Below, in pieces: positions 10,086 to 19,177 of a stretch of DNA of 42,139 nt. The notes below the pieces were generated by a model. The model ran no database searches. It was not told the origin of the DNA and was given only the letters and a program-made list of their open reading frames with translations. The translations under genes were made by a program, and so were the position numbers. Within the stretch, counting starts at the first letter, position 1; every line of letters begins with the position of its first letter. Where the stretch lies: the NCBI GenBank assembly GCA_011605725.1, contig JAAOZP010000002.1, positions 1 through 42,139 of the forward strand, in the 5' to 3' direction. Source of the stretch: Nitrososphaerota archaeon (GTDB taxonomy: Archaea; Thermoproteota; EX4484-205; JAAOZP01).

Positions 10086-10955
10086 TCACTCGACAAATGT
10101 CTTCACTCTCAATAAATTAATTGAATGTTTGTAAAGGGCAACTCCTAAGGGGAAGAGGATTAGCGCCATCAGCATTAAAACCCCCAAATCCGTTTCAAGA
10201 TCGCTGAGCCCAAGACCCTGTAGAAGGGCTAATCTCGCCACTCTCAGCGCATATGTCTGGGGTAGTATCCGGGAAACTACCTGAATCCCTTCTGGGAGGA
10301 CCTCAAATGGAAAGTAGATCCCGCTGACCAGTCCCGTCAAAACACCGACGAGCCACCTTATCGGCTCGATACCCTTCCAAGCACCTATAATCATTATCAT
10401 GCTCGCCGAGATTAAGCCGATTCCGATGACGGCAAGCCATCCGATGCATACTCCTAGCAGGGCAACGGCGTAGTTCCCCCCGCTGATCTTCAATCCAAAA
10501 AGTAATCCCACACATAGGTAAACGAGCATCGTTATGAATTGCTCGATGTAACCGTCCACTACGAAGGCAAGTATTGGCGCTGAAAAAGGTACCCCTGAAA
10601 GCCTGACGTAATCATACATGCTCAAATGTTGCCCCATGCTCCCAACCCTCCCCCTGAGGGTGAAGAGGGTTGCAATGCGAAACGCATCTAGCGTATAAGA
10701 AAATAAACTGTTAAGCATCAGCCCTAGTATTAGGAATGAAATGAAGTCCGCTCCATATTGCTGGTAAATCGGATTCGTACCCTCAAAGCTCTTTCCAAAG
10801 AATAGCCACGTTGAAGCGCCGAGCATAAGGTTGGTTACGTGAAATGGTAACATCCACTCTATCCAATAATAGCGCATGAATAGATTAAACAGTAAGAACT
10901 TGAAGAAATTGGCTGTAAACAGAGAGATCTTCGTCCTTATGCGATCAATATTCAA
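10086..10955 (-). CDS. ABC-2 type exporter permease
   Basis: About 6 transmembrane segments and SGIYFPFEVLP...ILPQTYAL..R. Follows the ATPase after 6 nt. Confidence 0.88.
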   Translation of the reverse strand: MNIDRIRTKISLFTANFFKFLLFNLFMRYYWIEWMLPFHVTNLMLGASTWLFFGKSFEGTNPIYQQYGADFISFLILGLMLNSLFSYTLDAFRIATLFTLRGRVGSMGQHLSMYDYVRLSGVPFSAPILAFVVDGYIEQFITMLVYLCVGLLFGLKISGGNYAVALLGVCIGWLAVIGIGLISASMIMIIGAWKGIEPIRWLVGVLTGLVSGIYFPFEVLPEGIQVVSRILPQTYALRVARLALLQGLGLSDLETDLGVLMLMALILFPLGVALYKHSINLLRVKTFVE

Positions 10956-10961
10956 GCGACC

Positions 10962-12026
10962 TCACCCCAGCTTTTCGCGGACAACTCTGATGAATATATC
11001 CTCGAGCGTTGGCTTATTTACCTTTACGTGCTTTATCTCCCCGCTACCCTCAACGATTGTGGAGATCGCTTTAGGTAGAACTTTCCTCGGATCCTCAGTG
11101 TACATTACGAGTCTAATGGTTTCTTCATCAACCTTCCCTAAGTCCACAAACTTCAAGATCCCACTTAACCCTTCTAAGGACTTCACGACATCCGGCGGAC
11201 AATTGAGCACCTCGAACTCTATGGATTGTTCCTTATATATGCTCATGATGAGCTCCTCCGGTTTCCCCTGGGCGATCACCTTACCCCTATGCATCAGAAT
11301 GACCCTGTCCGCATACCTTTCAGCCTCGATGAGGTTATGCGTCGCGAATAGGATCGTCGCTTTGGCCTTCCTTACGATGTTTTCTTTCATATGAGTATAT
11401 AACTCCTGCGTAACTTCCTTTGAGATTCCGCTCATCGGCTCGTCCAGAAGGTATACAGGGGAATCCCTAAGCAACCCTATCGCTGCGGAAAGCCTAGCCA
11501 GCATCCCCGTGGAGAACGTCGCGACCCTCGTATCCGCGACATCCTCGAGCTCGGAGAGCTTCAGTGCATCATCGATTCTCTCAGGTGGAAAACCATAGAG
11601 CTTTGCTTGGATTAGGAGTATCTGCCTAGGTGTAAGCCTGGCATCCATCCATGCTCCACCCGTGAGAAGACCGGCGATATACGTGGCGTGTCTCCAGATA
11701 TCGTCTTCCTCCTTCAGGATATCGTGGCCCATTATGTAGGCAGTCCCCCTTGTCGGCTTTAGCAGGGTGGCTAGGACTCTTAGTAACGTAGTTTTCCCGG
11801 AGCCGTTTGGCCCAAGGAGGCAGACAAGTTCGCCCTGCGGGATTTTTAGGTTCACGTCATCGACTGCGACGATCTCCTCCTTTTCAACGTTCCTGTTAAA
11901 ATACCTATTGTAGAGGGATAGAAGCAAGCCTCCCGGGTTGTCATCCCTATCCATGGAAACGTGCGTACCCTTGTAATTATACCTCAGATAGGTCCTCGTC
12001 AGCCCAATAGTCTCAATCGCATACAT
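10962..12026 (-). CDS. ABC exporter ATP-binding subunit
   Basis: GPNGSGKTT, FSTGM signature, LLDEP, ATHN and C-terminal PTLEDIF. Likely start MYAIE at 12026, 1 nt after the rSAM stop. Confidence 0.93.
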   Translation of the reverse strand: MYAIETIGLTRTYLRYNYKGTHVSMDRDDNPGGLLLSLYNRYFNRNVEKEEIVAVDDVNLKIPQGELVCLLGPNGSGKTTLLRVLATLLKPTRGTAYIMGHDILKEEDDIWRHATYIAGLLTGGAWMDARLTPRQILLIQAKLYGFPPERIDDALKLSELEDVADTRVATFSTGMLARLSAAIGLLRDSPVYLLDEPMSGISKEVTQELYTHMKENIVRKAKATILFATHNLIEAERYADRVILMHRGKVIAQGKPEELIMSIYKEQSIEFEVLNCPPDVVKSLEGLSGILKFVDLGKVDEETIRLVMYTEDPRKVLPKAISTIVEGSGEIKHVKVNKPTLEDIFIRVVREKLG

Positions 12027-12027
12027 A

Positions 12028-13392
12028 TTAAACCCAGTTCCCCCAAAGTGCGTGTTCAAAGTAGAATTTATAAAACTTGCAGTACGGATCTGCACCCGTT
12101 AGCAGACCTGTTGAGAATAGAGCAAGAGCTCTGCAGCCACCTCCACAAAGATATCTCCATGGACAACCCAAACAACATTCTAGCTGATCTACACGTAACC
12201 GTCTTAGGTTTTTCAGGATCTCGCTGCCAAAGTATATTTCACGAAAACTGTTGGTCCTGATGTTCCCTGCCCTATACTCGGTCAGGTGTAGCCAGTGACA
12301 GGGATAAACAGAGCCATCAGAGTCTATACTTATAGTTACAGTTCCGAGACCACAATTCAGTTTTCTTGTAAGGTTACCAGGAACTCTATCTAGTTTTGAT
12401 TCAAAGCCAATGAGATTTTTAAATCTTAGCATTGTTTTTCTCTCATTAATGAGGTTGCTTATTAACTGGATGTAGTCTTCTGCCCTTGGCGACAGTTGAT
12501 CCTTATTTACAGAACCTCTCCCAACTGGCGCGAAGAAGGCACCACTAAATGTTTCTCTACCAGATAAACTGCAAAATAACTCAATCATCGATGGAACATC
12601 CTCTAGATTTAACTTAGTAATTGTAGGATATAGACTAAATTTGATACCGTTTTCTTTTAATAAGTTGATATTATTAATGACACGCTGAAAAACACCGTTC
12701 CCTCTAATTGCGTCGTTTATCTCCGGTTTACTTCCGTCTAAACTTATTTGCACAAAATCAATACCAATAGACCTCCATTCCTCCACAATATTTTTATCAA
12801 TAAGTGTACCATTCGTAGTCAAGTGAACATATAATCCCTTATCTTTTAGGTAGCTAAGGATCTTGTTCAAATCCCTTCTTAAAAGAGGTTCCCCACCACT
12901 TATAATCATGCGGGGACGGAATACTGTTATGATCTCGTCAATAAATTTCCTGATTTCGTCATAGCTCAGTTCATTAGATTTTTCCACTCCAGCGTTCTTA
13001 AAGCACGTTGTACACCTTAGATTACACCTATTCGTTACAAATAACCAAATTTCGCCTGGGCCTCTACTAATGGAAAAATCTTCGCGAGGCGACCTCTCTT
13101 CCTCTCCCACTTTTACCAGTAAGCCGAGAGAGAGTAATGTATCAAGCGTTTGTTTAACATCCTTCTTAACTCGCTCGAGTTCAACCTTATATTTTTCACT
13201 TAAGATCTTTGAAATATCTTCTAACGTATTTACACCATTGCAAAGACTTATTATCTCGGCTGCAGAGCGGTTAATTCTACTGCAAGAAAAAAGAGTTTCG
13301 TTTAATAATAAAAAATATTCCACCCCATTCTTTTTCAAGCAGCGGGTACCTGAACTCGGGACTACTACATCATTAGAAAGAACCTCGTTCAT
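12028..13392 (-). CDS. Radical SAM/SPASM peptide maturase with N-terminal PqqD/RRE domain
   Basis: RRE-like INRSAAEIISLCNG..TLEDI...LSEKY....V..D....L..L...GLL, then CNLRCTTC, SGGEP and SPASM CGLG..IDSDGSVYPC..CLGCPWRYLCGGGCR..DPYC. Confidence 0.94.
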   Translation of the reverse strand: MNEVLSNDVVVPSSGTRCLKKNGVEYFLLLNETLFSCSRINRSAAEIISLCNGVNTLEDISKILSEKYKVELERVKKDVKQTLDTLLSLGLLVKVGEEERSPREDFSISRGPGEIWLFVTNRCNLRCTTCFKNAGVEKSNELSYDEIRKFIDEIITVFRPRMIISGGEPLLRRDLNKILSYLKDKGLYVHLTTNGTLIDKNIVEEWRSIGIDFVQISLDGSKPEINDAIRGNGVFQRVINNINLLKENGIKFSLYPTITKLNLEDVPSMIELFCSLSGRETFSGAFFAPVGRGSVNKDQLSPRAEDYIQLISNLINERKTMLRFKNLIGFESKLDRVPGNLTRKLNCGLGTVTISIDSDGSVYPCHWLHLTEYRAGNIRTNSFREIYFGSEILKNLRRLRVDQLECCLGCPWRYLCGGGCRALALFSTGLLTGADPYCKFYKFYFEHALWGNWV

Positions 13393-13410
13393 ATATCTCT
13401 ACTACACCAG

Positions 13411-13545
13411 TTATGCTGGGCTGGTGTCATAATCTGCGTCTGCTACATACTTCAAATGTGCATGACCATGCCCTTCTGGCTCTACTGTTGATGGTAATGG
13501 GGAGTATACTTTTGGGGCTTCATAAATTTCTTCACAATTTTCCAC
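13411..13545 (-). CDS. Putative RiPP precursor peptide (44 aa; 47 or 50 aa with upstream GTG starts at 13554/13563)
   Basis: Too short to appear in the ORF track. Translation MENCEEIYEAPKVYSPLPSTVEPEGHGHAHLKYVADADYDTSPA. GGGGTGA SD 5 nt before the GTG, YxxPxV RRE-type leader motif, and the stop is 18 nt upstream of the maturase start. Confidence 0.82.
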   Translation of the reverse strand: MENCEEIYEAPKVYSPLPSTVEPEGHGHAHLKYVADADYDTSPA

Positions 13546-13566
13546 TTCGCTCACCCCTTTCACCTC

Positions 13567-13618
13567 AACAGAGTTTTCTGTTAAGAGGGTTTTTAATTTT
13601 TTTTACAATGGTAAAAAT
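13567..13618 (-). promoter_or_regulatory. Putative promoter region of the RiPP operon with two short inverted repeats
   Basis: A-rich AAAAATTAAAAA TATA-like element on the minus strand about 30 nt above the first GTG. Inverted repeats TTTTAC-AATG-GTAAAA (13601-13616) and AACAGA-GTTT-TCTGTT (13567-13582). Confidence 0.4.
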
Positions 13619-13819
13619 GGCATTTTCTGCTAGAGGAGGTATAGCATTTGTTTGCGCAAACCAGCGGGGCCCACAATGGTCAAATACAGATTATGATCCA
13701 TGAAAACAGGAAGATAAGCTCCAGTTGGGTATGTGAATGCTTCCTGTAGAAAGGGTCAAGTAGCTGTGGTTATGCAAAGGCTTCCTAGGTCATTATGAAC
13801 GTATATACTTTTATACCCA

Positions 13820-15361
13820 CTAGGAGACGTATTTATTTATATATGCTCTATGCTTCTTGAAGGACCTCCGTAGGTCCCTACTAACCATGTTGTGGACTTC
13901 TTGAAGCTCTTTGTACTTCTCCACGTTCAACGGGTTGGGGCTAACACGCGTTTGTTCATCCAGCTTGACGAATCGATCACAGATTTCCCGGATGCTCATC
14001 TTCTCCCCGGAATAGTTCATGTAGCACCACATTGCTTGGAGGGCGGCGCCATATGCTGCACCCTCATCTATCTCTATGCAGACAACCTCTGTGTTAAATA
14101 TGTCTGCGGCTATCTGTCTCCAAACCCTATTTTTCGAACCTCCGCCGGTGAGCCTTATTTCACCGGGCTTTATTCCAAGCTCCCTCATCCTGTTCAACCC
14201 GTAGTTCATCCCGAGTGTAACGCCCTCCATAGCTGCCCTAGTAATGCTCTGCCTGTTGAAAGTCCTGCTGTTCAAACCATAATAGACGCCCGTACCCTCA
14301 GGTACATTCGGCGTCCTCTCTCCCTCGAAGTAGGGGATCAAGAGTAGCCCATTAGAGCCGGGAGGAGCCTCCTCAACAGCCCTTGTTAAGTCGTCATGCG
14401 TCATGTTGAAGAGCTCCCTAACATACTCCGTAGCCACGGTAACATTCATCGTGCACAGGAGCGGTAGCCAAGCATTCGTCGAGTCGCAGAAGGCAGCTAT
14501 CTCCCCCCTCGAGTCGACAACCGGCTTCTCAGAGTAAGCATAAATCGTACCAGATGTTCCGAAGCTTGCGGTCACAATGCCCTTCCTAACGTTACCCGTC
14601 CCTATGGCGCCCATCATGTTATCCCCACCACCAGCGCTGACTACGACATCCTCCCTGAAGCCGAACTCGCCAGCAACCTCCCTCCTGATTGTTCCAACAG
14701 GCTTATCAGATCCCTGCAATGGAGGCAGCTTGTCCCGGAGCCCAGGGTCAATAGCATCTATGACCTTCCTACACCAGACTCTTCTCCTAACGTCCATCAT
14801 CGCTGTTCCGGAGGCGTCGCCATACTCCATAACCATGTTTCCCGTTAAATAATAGTTCAGATAGTCATGGGGCAGGAGGACGTGGCGCAGCCTAGCATAG
14901 TTTTGAGGCTCGTTCCTTTTAAGCCAAAGTATCTTGGGGGCAGTGTAGCCGGGAAGTACCAGGTTCCCTATGAGCCTCAAAACATTCTTTACTCCGCCGA
15001 GCCTCCTAGTCAAGTATTCGCACTCTTTAGCTGTACTCGTGTCGTTCCAAAGCTTTGCAGGCCTTATGACCATGCCCTTCTCGTCCAGGGGGACGAAGCC
15101 ATGCTGCTGGCCTGAAACCCCTATAGCCCTCACGCCCCTAGGGTCTACCCCCGTCTTGGAAAAAACCTCTTTAACGGTTTTATGGAAAGCATTAATCCAA
15201 ACCTGAGGATCCTGCTCCTTATGGCCCGGAGGAAGATTCTCTATCAAACCATAGTTTTCAACGGCCTTACCAACCACGGTGCCGGTCTCCCCATGTACTA
15301 GAAGGGTCTTCATGCTCTGGGTTCCCAGATCCACACCTATGAAATAGATGTTTTCCTCCAA
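13820..15361 (-). CDS. xylB: Xylulokinase (FGGY family)
   Basis: IGVDLGTQS, SGQQHG, LWND, TAPKILW, GGGDN, GERTP and GGGSKN. TTG start. Confidence 0.92.
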   Translation of the reverse strand: MEENIYFIGVDLGTQSMKTLLVHGETGTVVGKAVENYGLIENLPPGHKEQDPQVWINAFHKTVKEVFSKTGVDPRGVRAIGVSGQQHGFVPLDEKGMVIRPAKLWNDTSTAKECEYLTRRLGGVKNVLRLIGNLVLPGYTAPKILWLKRNEPQNYARLRHVLLPHDYLNYYLTGNMVMEYGDASGTAMMDVRRRVWCRKVIDAIDPGLRDKLPPLQGSDKPVGTIRREVAGEFGFREDVVVSAGGGDNMMGAIGTGNVRKGIVTASFGTSGTIYAYSEKPVVDSRGEIAAFCDSTNAWLPLLCTMNVTVATEYVRELFNMTHDDLTRAVEEAPPGSNGLLLIPYFEGERTPNVPEGTGVYYGLNSRTFNRQSITRAAMEGVTLGMNYGLNRMRELGIKPGEIRLTGGGSKNRVWRQIAADIFNTEVVCIEIDEGAAYGAALQAMWCYMNYSGEKMSIREICDRFVKLDEQTRVSPNPLNVEKYKELQEVHNMVSRDLRRSFKKHRAYINKYVS

Positions 15362-15679
15362 CCTTGTCTCAAGTATTATCTCAGAATATTTAAGCCTTGA
15401 CTCTTCACGGAGTCGTGAAACTCATATTCGTCACCTTTTGAACCGTTCTGCTAGGTTAAGGACTGTGTCGGGTAAGCTTCCGCAATACGCGTGTAGCCGC
15501 AACCTGCTTACAATACTCATCATGCTTATGCTCAGCGCTACAGGAGGCTTCGCGCGTGTTAAGCATGCTATTAGTGCTCTATGGTTTGCATCGCCACGTG
15601 GGAGCGAGTTGTGCCGAGTGATCCTAACAGTCTTGTTGAAACCATTAACCATATATACTGGCAGGATGCGGTTTGAAGC

Positions 15680-16633
15680 ATGCCCATAGTGGATCTTCCA
15701 CTGGAGGAGCTTAAGGTTTACAAGCCTCCGCTTACAAGGAGAAGCGATTTCCAAAGCTTCTGGAACCACAACAGGAAGCTCTCTGAGGAGCAGCCTTTAA
15801 ACGCTGTCTTTAAGAGGCTCGAATATCCTGTGAAAAGGCTTGAAGCATTCTTGGTTTCTTTCGACGGCTTTACAGATAAGACTCCAATAGTCTCCTGGTT
15901 TCTAAAGCCCGTTGGAGAAGGTCCTTTCCCGGCGCTTCTAGTTCTCCACGGCTACGGTGGAAACAGGGGCACTGTCTCAGACTATTTGAACTGGATTCTC
16001 CAGGGCGTTGCCGTTATGGCGATAGATGTCAGGGGGCAGTTCGGCGATACACCAGACTTCGCGAAATACCCTTCTGGAAGCATTACAGGACACATGACTA
16101 AAGGCATTCTTGACAAGGAAACCTATTACTACAGGTATGTTTACATGGATTGTCTTCGCGGACTCAGAGTTCTGTGCGAGAGGGAGGATGTTGACGAGGA
16201 AAGGATTGGTGTGACGGGCGCCAGCCAGGGAGGAGGTTTAACACTAATAGTCTCAGCCATGGGAGAGGTTTCCCTATCTCTGCCTGAAATACCTTTTCTA
16301 TGCCATTTCGAAAGGGCTGTTGAAGTTGCGGCTTCAGACCCATACTTAGAGATTTCTCGCTATCTCAAGACGCATCCTGAAAGTGTTGAGAAGGTTTTCG
16401 AAACACTTTCCTATTTCGACGCGATGAACTTCGCTCCAGACATTAAGTGTCCAGTCCTCATGTCAGTCGGCCTCCTTGATACTGTATGTCCGCCTTCAAC
16501 CATTTTCGCAACTTTCAACCACACAGCTTCAGGAATAAAGGAGCTTGCTGTTTACCCTGGAATGGGCCATGAATCTCACAATGTGCATAGGGAGAAAAAG
16601 ATACAGTGGGTCGACAAGTACCTGTTGCGGTAA
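15680..16633 (+). CDS. Acetyl xylan esterase / cephalosporin-C deacetylase (CE7)
   Basis: DLPLEEL..Y.P, HGY, DVRGQ, GASQGGG, LSYFD, DTVCPPST and GHE. Confidence 0.94.
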   Translation: MPIVDLPLEELKVYKPPLTRRSDFQSFWNHNRKLSEEQPLNAVFKRLEYPVKRLEAFLVSFDGFTDKTPIVSWFLKPVGEGPFPALLVLHGYGGNRGTVSDYLNWILQGVAVMAIDVRGQFGDTPDFAKYPSGSITGHMTKGILDKETYYYRYVYMDCLRGLRVLCEREDVDEERIGVTGASQGGGLTLIVSAMGEVSLSLPEIPFLCHFERAVEVAASDPYLEISRYLKTHPESVEKVFETLSYFDAMNFAPDIKCPVLMSVGLLDTVCPPSTIFATFNHTASGIKELAVYPGMGHESHNVHREKKIQWVDKYLLR

Positions 16634-16713
16634 ACATTTGAAACCATCTTTGCACCACCGGGTTTACCATGCTAAATGTTTAAAAGAAACCTGTTGCACA
16701 TCATACCGGAATG

Positions 16714-16995
16714 ATGTCGAAGGTTCCTATTGATCTAGAAAAGTTAAGTAGGAAGGATGTTGACAAGGAGGTTCTGCGTGTAGCTATCATTGCTGAACTA
16801 GACGCTGTAAACCTTTACGAGCAGCTTGCCCAAGCTGCTGGCAGCAGAGACGTTAAGAAAGTCCTGCTGGACATAGCTAAGGAGGAGAAGACTCACGTGG
16901 GAGAATTCCAAGCCCTCCTGCTGAAAATAGACGGGGAGCAGGCTCTGGAGCTTGAGAAGGGCAGGAAGGAAGTTGAAGAAATAACTGGAAAATAA
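16714..16995 (+). CDS. Small ferritin-like protein (EncFtn/rubrerythrin-like half bundle)
   Basis: IIAELDAVNLYEQ and EEKTHVGEF di-iron motifs, followed by D.EQ..EL..G..EV. Confidence 0.85.
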   Translation: MSKVPIDLEKLSRKDVDKEVLRVAIIAELDAVNLYEQLAQAAGSRDVKKVLLDIAKEEKTHVGEFQALLLKIDGEQALELEKGRKEVEEITGK

Positions 16996-17057
16996 ATCAT
17001 TCCTCTCCTTATCTAAACGAAGAGCGTTCCGCACCCTGCTGCCGCTGAGTCGAAGCC

Positions 17058-18092
17058 TTATCTTGACCAGCGTTCCTCAGGAGGAGGTAACACTGGGAAT
17101 GGTGCATGCGGCTCAGTCTGATACCAGTATGCGACTGAAGCAATATCGTCAGTAAGAGGCTGGAATTTACGGTCAGGATACCATCCTAAGGCTTGAATCG
17201 TGACCCTTAGGTCTTTCTTAAACCGTATTGGGTCAAGGATGTGCCACCTGTATAGTGTGTGCCTAGGGACCTCACCCGGCTCCCTCCTGTAGAGAGGATA
17301 GCCTAGGAAAGCTGTTGAAAAAGTCTCGCCGCCGAAACACCATGCTCCCCCGAAATAGTCTTCAGTCCCTGTTCCGCAGATAGTTGGATACTCAGTGTCC
17401 CCGTCTATGAAGAACTTTATTTCCCCCTCTCCCCACCAGCCGTTAGACAGCTGCGTCCACGCTAACACGGTTCCAACATAGTGTCCGCTTCCCTTAACAC
17501 CGTCTAGAATAGTATGCTGCGGGTTCTGCCTTGTTGTCATGGAGCGCCTCCACTGGGCGTGGAAATACGCCATTCTATCCTTAACCTCTTCAAGCGAGTA
17601 GGTTATTTGATAGTAGAATCCCCCTATGTCCTCGATCCACTGGTTTTCAACAGTTATTACAGCACTCCTCTTGAACGGCATTGGAAAATAACAGTTGAAC
17701 CCTCCGGATGGGTTTACTGCAATAGGTATCGAGTTAACATTATACCTCAACCCGTGGCAGTTTGCGAAGAAGTCTCCAAGAGGAACTTCAACCGACGGCT
17801 TCTCCTCACAATCCCAGTAGAAGCGTAGAACACAGTTTCTATACGCCTTAGCATCCACAGTCAGCCAGATGTGGCGGATGAACCCGCTTCCCCTTATGTC
17901 TGCAAGCTTGACGGTCTCCCCTTTCGGCAGTGTTATGCAGGGCTTAACCTTCCATCCTTTTCCAAGCCTTGACGCTGGGCTTCTCTCATCCGGAGCCTCC
18001 ATTGCGCCCCTGCCTTTTTCACCAGTAGGATTCTCAGCTGAGATGGATCGTGTCTCTGCGTCGCTCAACTCTGGAAGAGAGTGTAGGAACAT
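17058..18092 (-). CDS. GH172 (DUF2961) alpha-D-arabino/fructofuranosidase-like glycosidase
   Basis: SISAENPTGEKG, PSVEVPLGDFF, WWGEGE, GTGTEDYFGGAW, YRWHILDPIRF and SVAYWYQ. Confidence 0.93.
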   Translation of the reverse strand: MFLHSLPELSDAETRSISAENPTGEKGRGAMEAPDERSPASRLGKGWKVKPCITLPKGETVKLADIRGSGFIRHIWLTVDAKAYRNCVLRFYWDCEEKPSVEVPLGDFFANCHGLRYNVNSIPIAVNPSGGFNCYFPMPFKRSAVITVENQWIEDIGGFYYQITYSLEEVKDRMAYFHAQWRRSMTTRQNPQHTILDGVKGSGHYVGTVLAWTQLSNGWWGEGEIKFFIDGDTEYPTICGTGTEDYFGGAWCFGGETFSTAFLGYPLYRREPGEVPRHTLYRWHILDPIRFKKDLRVTIQALGWYPDRKFQPLTDDIASVAYWYQTEPHAPFPVLPPPEERWSR

Positions 18093-18804
18093 TTTTGATC
18101 ATGTTCCCTTCCACAGGCCTTAAAAATAAGCTTTTCCAACCACCAATATCGTAGCGCGCGCGTAAAAGTTTCCTCCGATTGTATTATACTTCTCGAGTGA
18201 CCAAGGTGAAAAGGTAGAACCGATAAAGGATATTCAAACGATTGTTACCGTCAGCACATTGAACGATTTGCCTTTAGTGATGGAACCCAGGATGGTTGTC
18301 AAATGGAATGAAAAAATATCTATTAGAAAAGGAAGGCCGGTATTGCTTCTTAGAAGGTCACAGGCTTTTAAGGCAAGTCATCATCTACAAGAAGGACAAA
18401 ATGGCGCTTTTCCGCGGACTAGCTCAAATTCAGATACATGGCCATCGTCATGATAAGCTGAGTTTTCAAGAAATTGTAGAAGTAGCTAAAAGAGGCCGTA
18501 TTTCTCTTACCTGCGCTAGCGCGCGCTAAGTTCATCTTCTGTTCAGAGGACCTAGGGATAATTAGCAGCATCCAAAGTTATTCTGAGGACTTCTACTGCC
18601 TCCCTGGGAAAGAATGGGTTAAACTATTCTATGGAATGGGATAACGCTAACTTTCTGCGCTAAGCTGATCCTCATCGATCTTCATGTGGACGACCTCAGC
18701 ACTAAATATACCCATACTATGTTTAAGCCACGTTCTTGAACCCCCAGCTAGCGCGCGCCACAGGCTCTTCCTATTCGATCCATATTCGTTCTGGGCGTTA
18801 CCTT

Positions 18805-18904
18805 GGTATAAAAGCGGCCATGGGTTATGCGGAGGACTTACTTGACGGAATTGCAGGATAAGGAAAGTTACAAGGTTGTGCTGAAAGGAAGAGGGTTGGC
18901 GTAA
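18805..18904 (+). pseudogene. Decayed 3' fragment of a guaB (IMPDH) homologue
   Basis: Encodes GIKAAMGYA, then after a frameshift LTELQDK, versus GIRAAMGYAGASNIEELRR in the intact guaB. Confidence 0.55.
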
Positions 18905-18937
18905 GCTTTAAAAGCATCCTGATAGCTAGACAGTAAT

Positions 18938-19177
18938 ATGGTTAAACGCACAACCATATTACTGGACGAGGATCTTTACGAGTACTTGATAAGGGAAAGC
19001 ATCAGAAGGCACGGTTCTTCTAAGAAGCTTTCCCAAGTAGTAAATGAGCTTCTGCGCAAGACGTTATTCGACGGCGAAAAGGTTGTTCAGCTTCTTTCAA
19101 AAGAAAAAGTTGCTCGCACTACAGCGAAAGAGTTCGAGGAGTTTAGAAGAAAGCTTTCAAGGAGAATGGAAGAATGA
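18938..19177 (+). CDS. Putative antitoxin (RHH/CopG-like, VapB type)
   Basis: KRTTILLDEDLY....K.LS.VVNELLR, with an ATGA overlap onto the PIN gene. Confidence 0.75.
   Translation: MVKRTTILLDEDLYEYLIRESIRRHGSSKKLSQVVNELLRKTLFDGEKVVQLLSKEKVARTTAKEFEEFRRKLSRRMEE

Noticed and set aside
12028-13545. PQQ, mycofactocin or sactipeptide pathway
   Set aside because: No PqqB/C or MftD/E genes, no ExxxY or CGVY in the core, and no core cysteines.
13413-13703. 96-aa plus-strand ORF as the RiPP precursor
   Set aside because: It is antisense to the operon. The minus-strand short ORF has the SD, the leader motif and the correct orientation.
15348-15769. Overlapping 112-113 aa ORFs between xylB and CE7
   Set aside because: They overlap real genes and have no recognisable motifs. 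At most a decayed fragment.
18259-18529. Two short overlapping ORFs as intact genes
   Set aside because: No convincing start, SD or family motif. Treated as fragments bounded by the palindrome.
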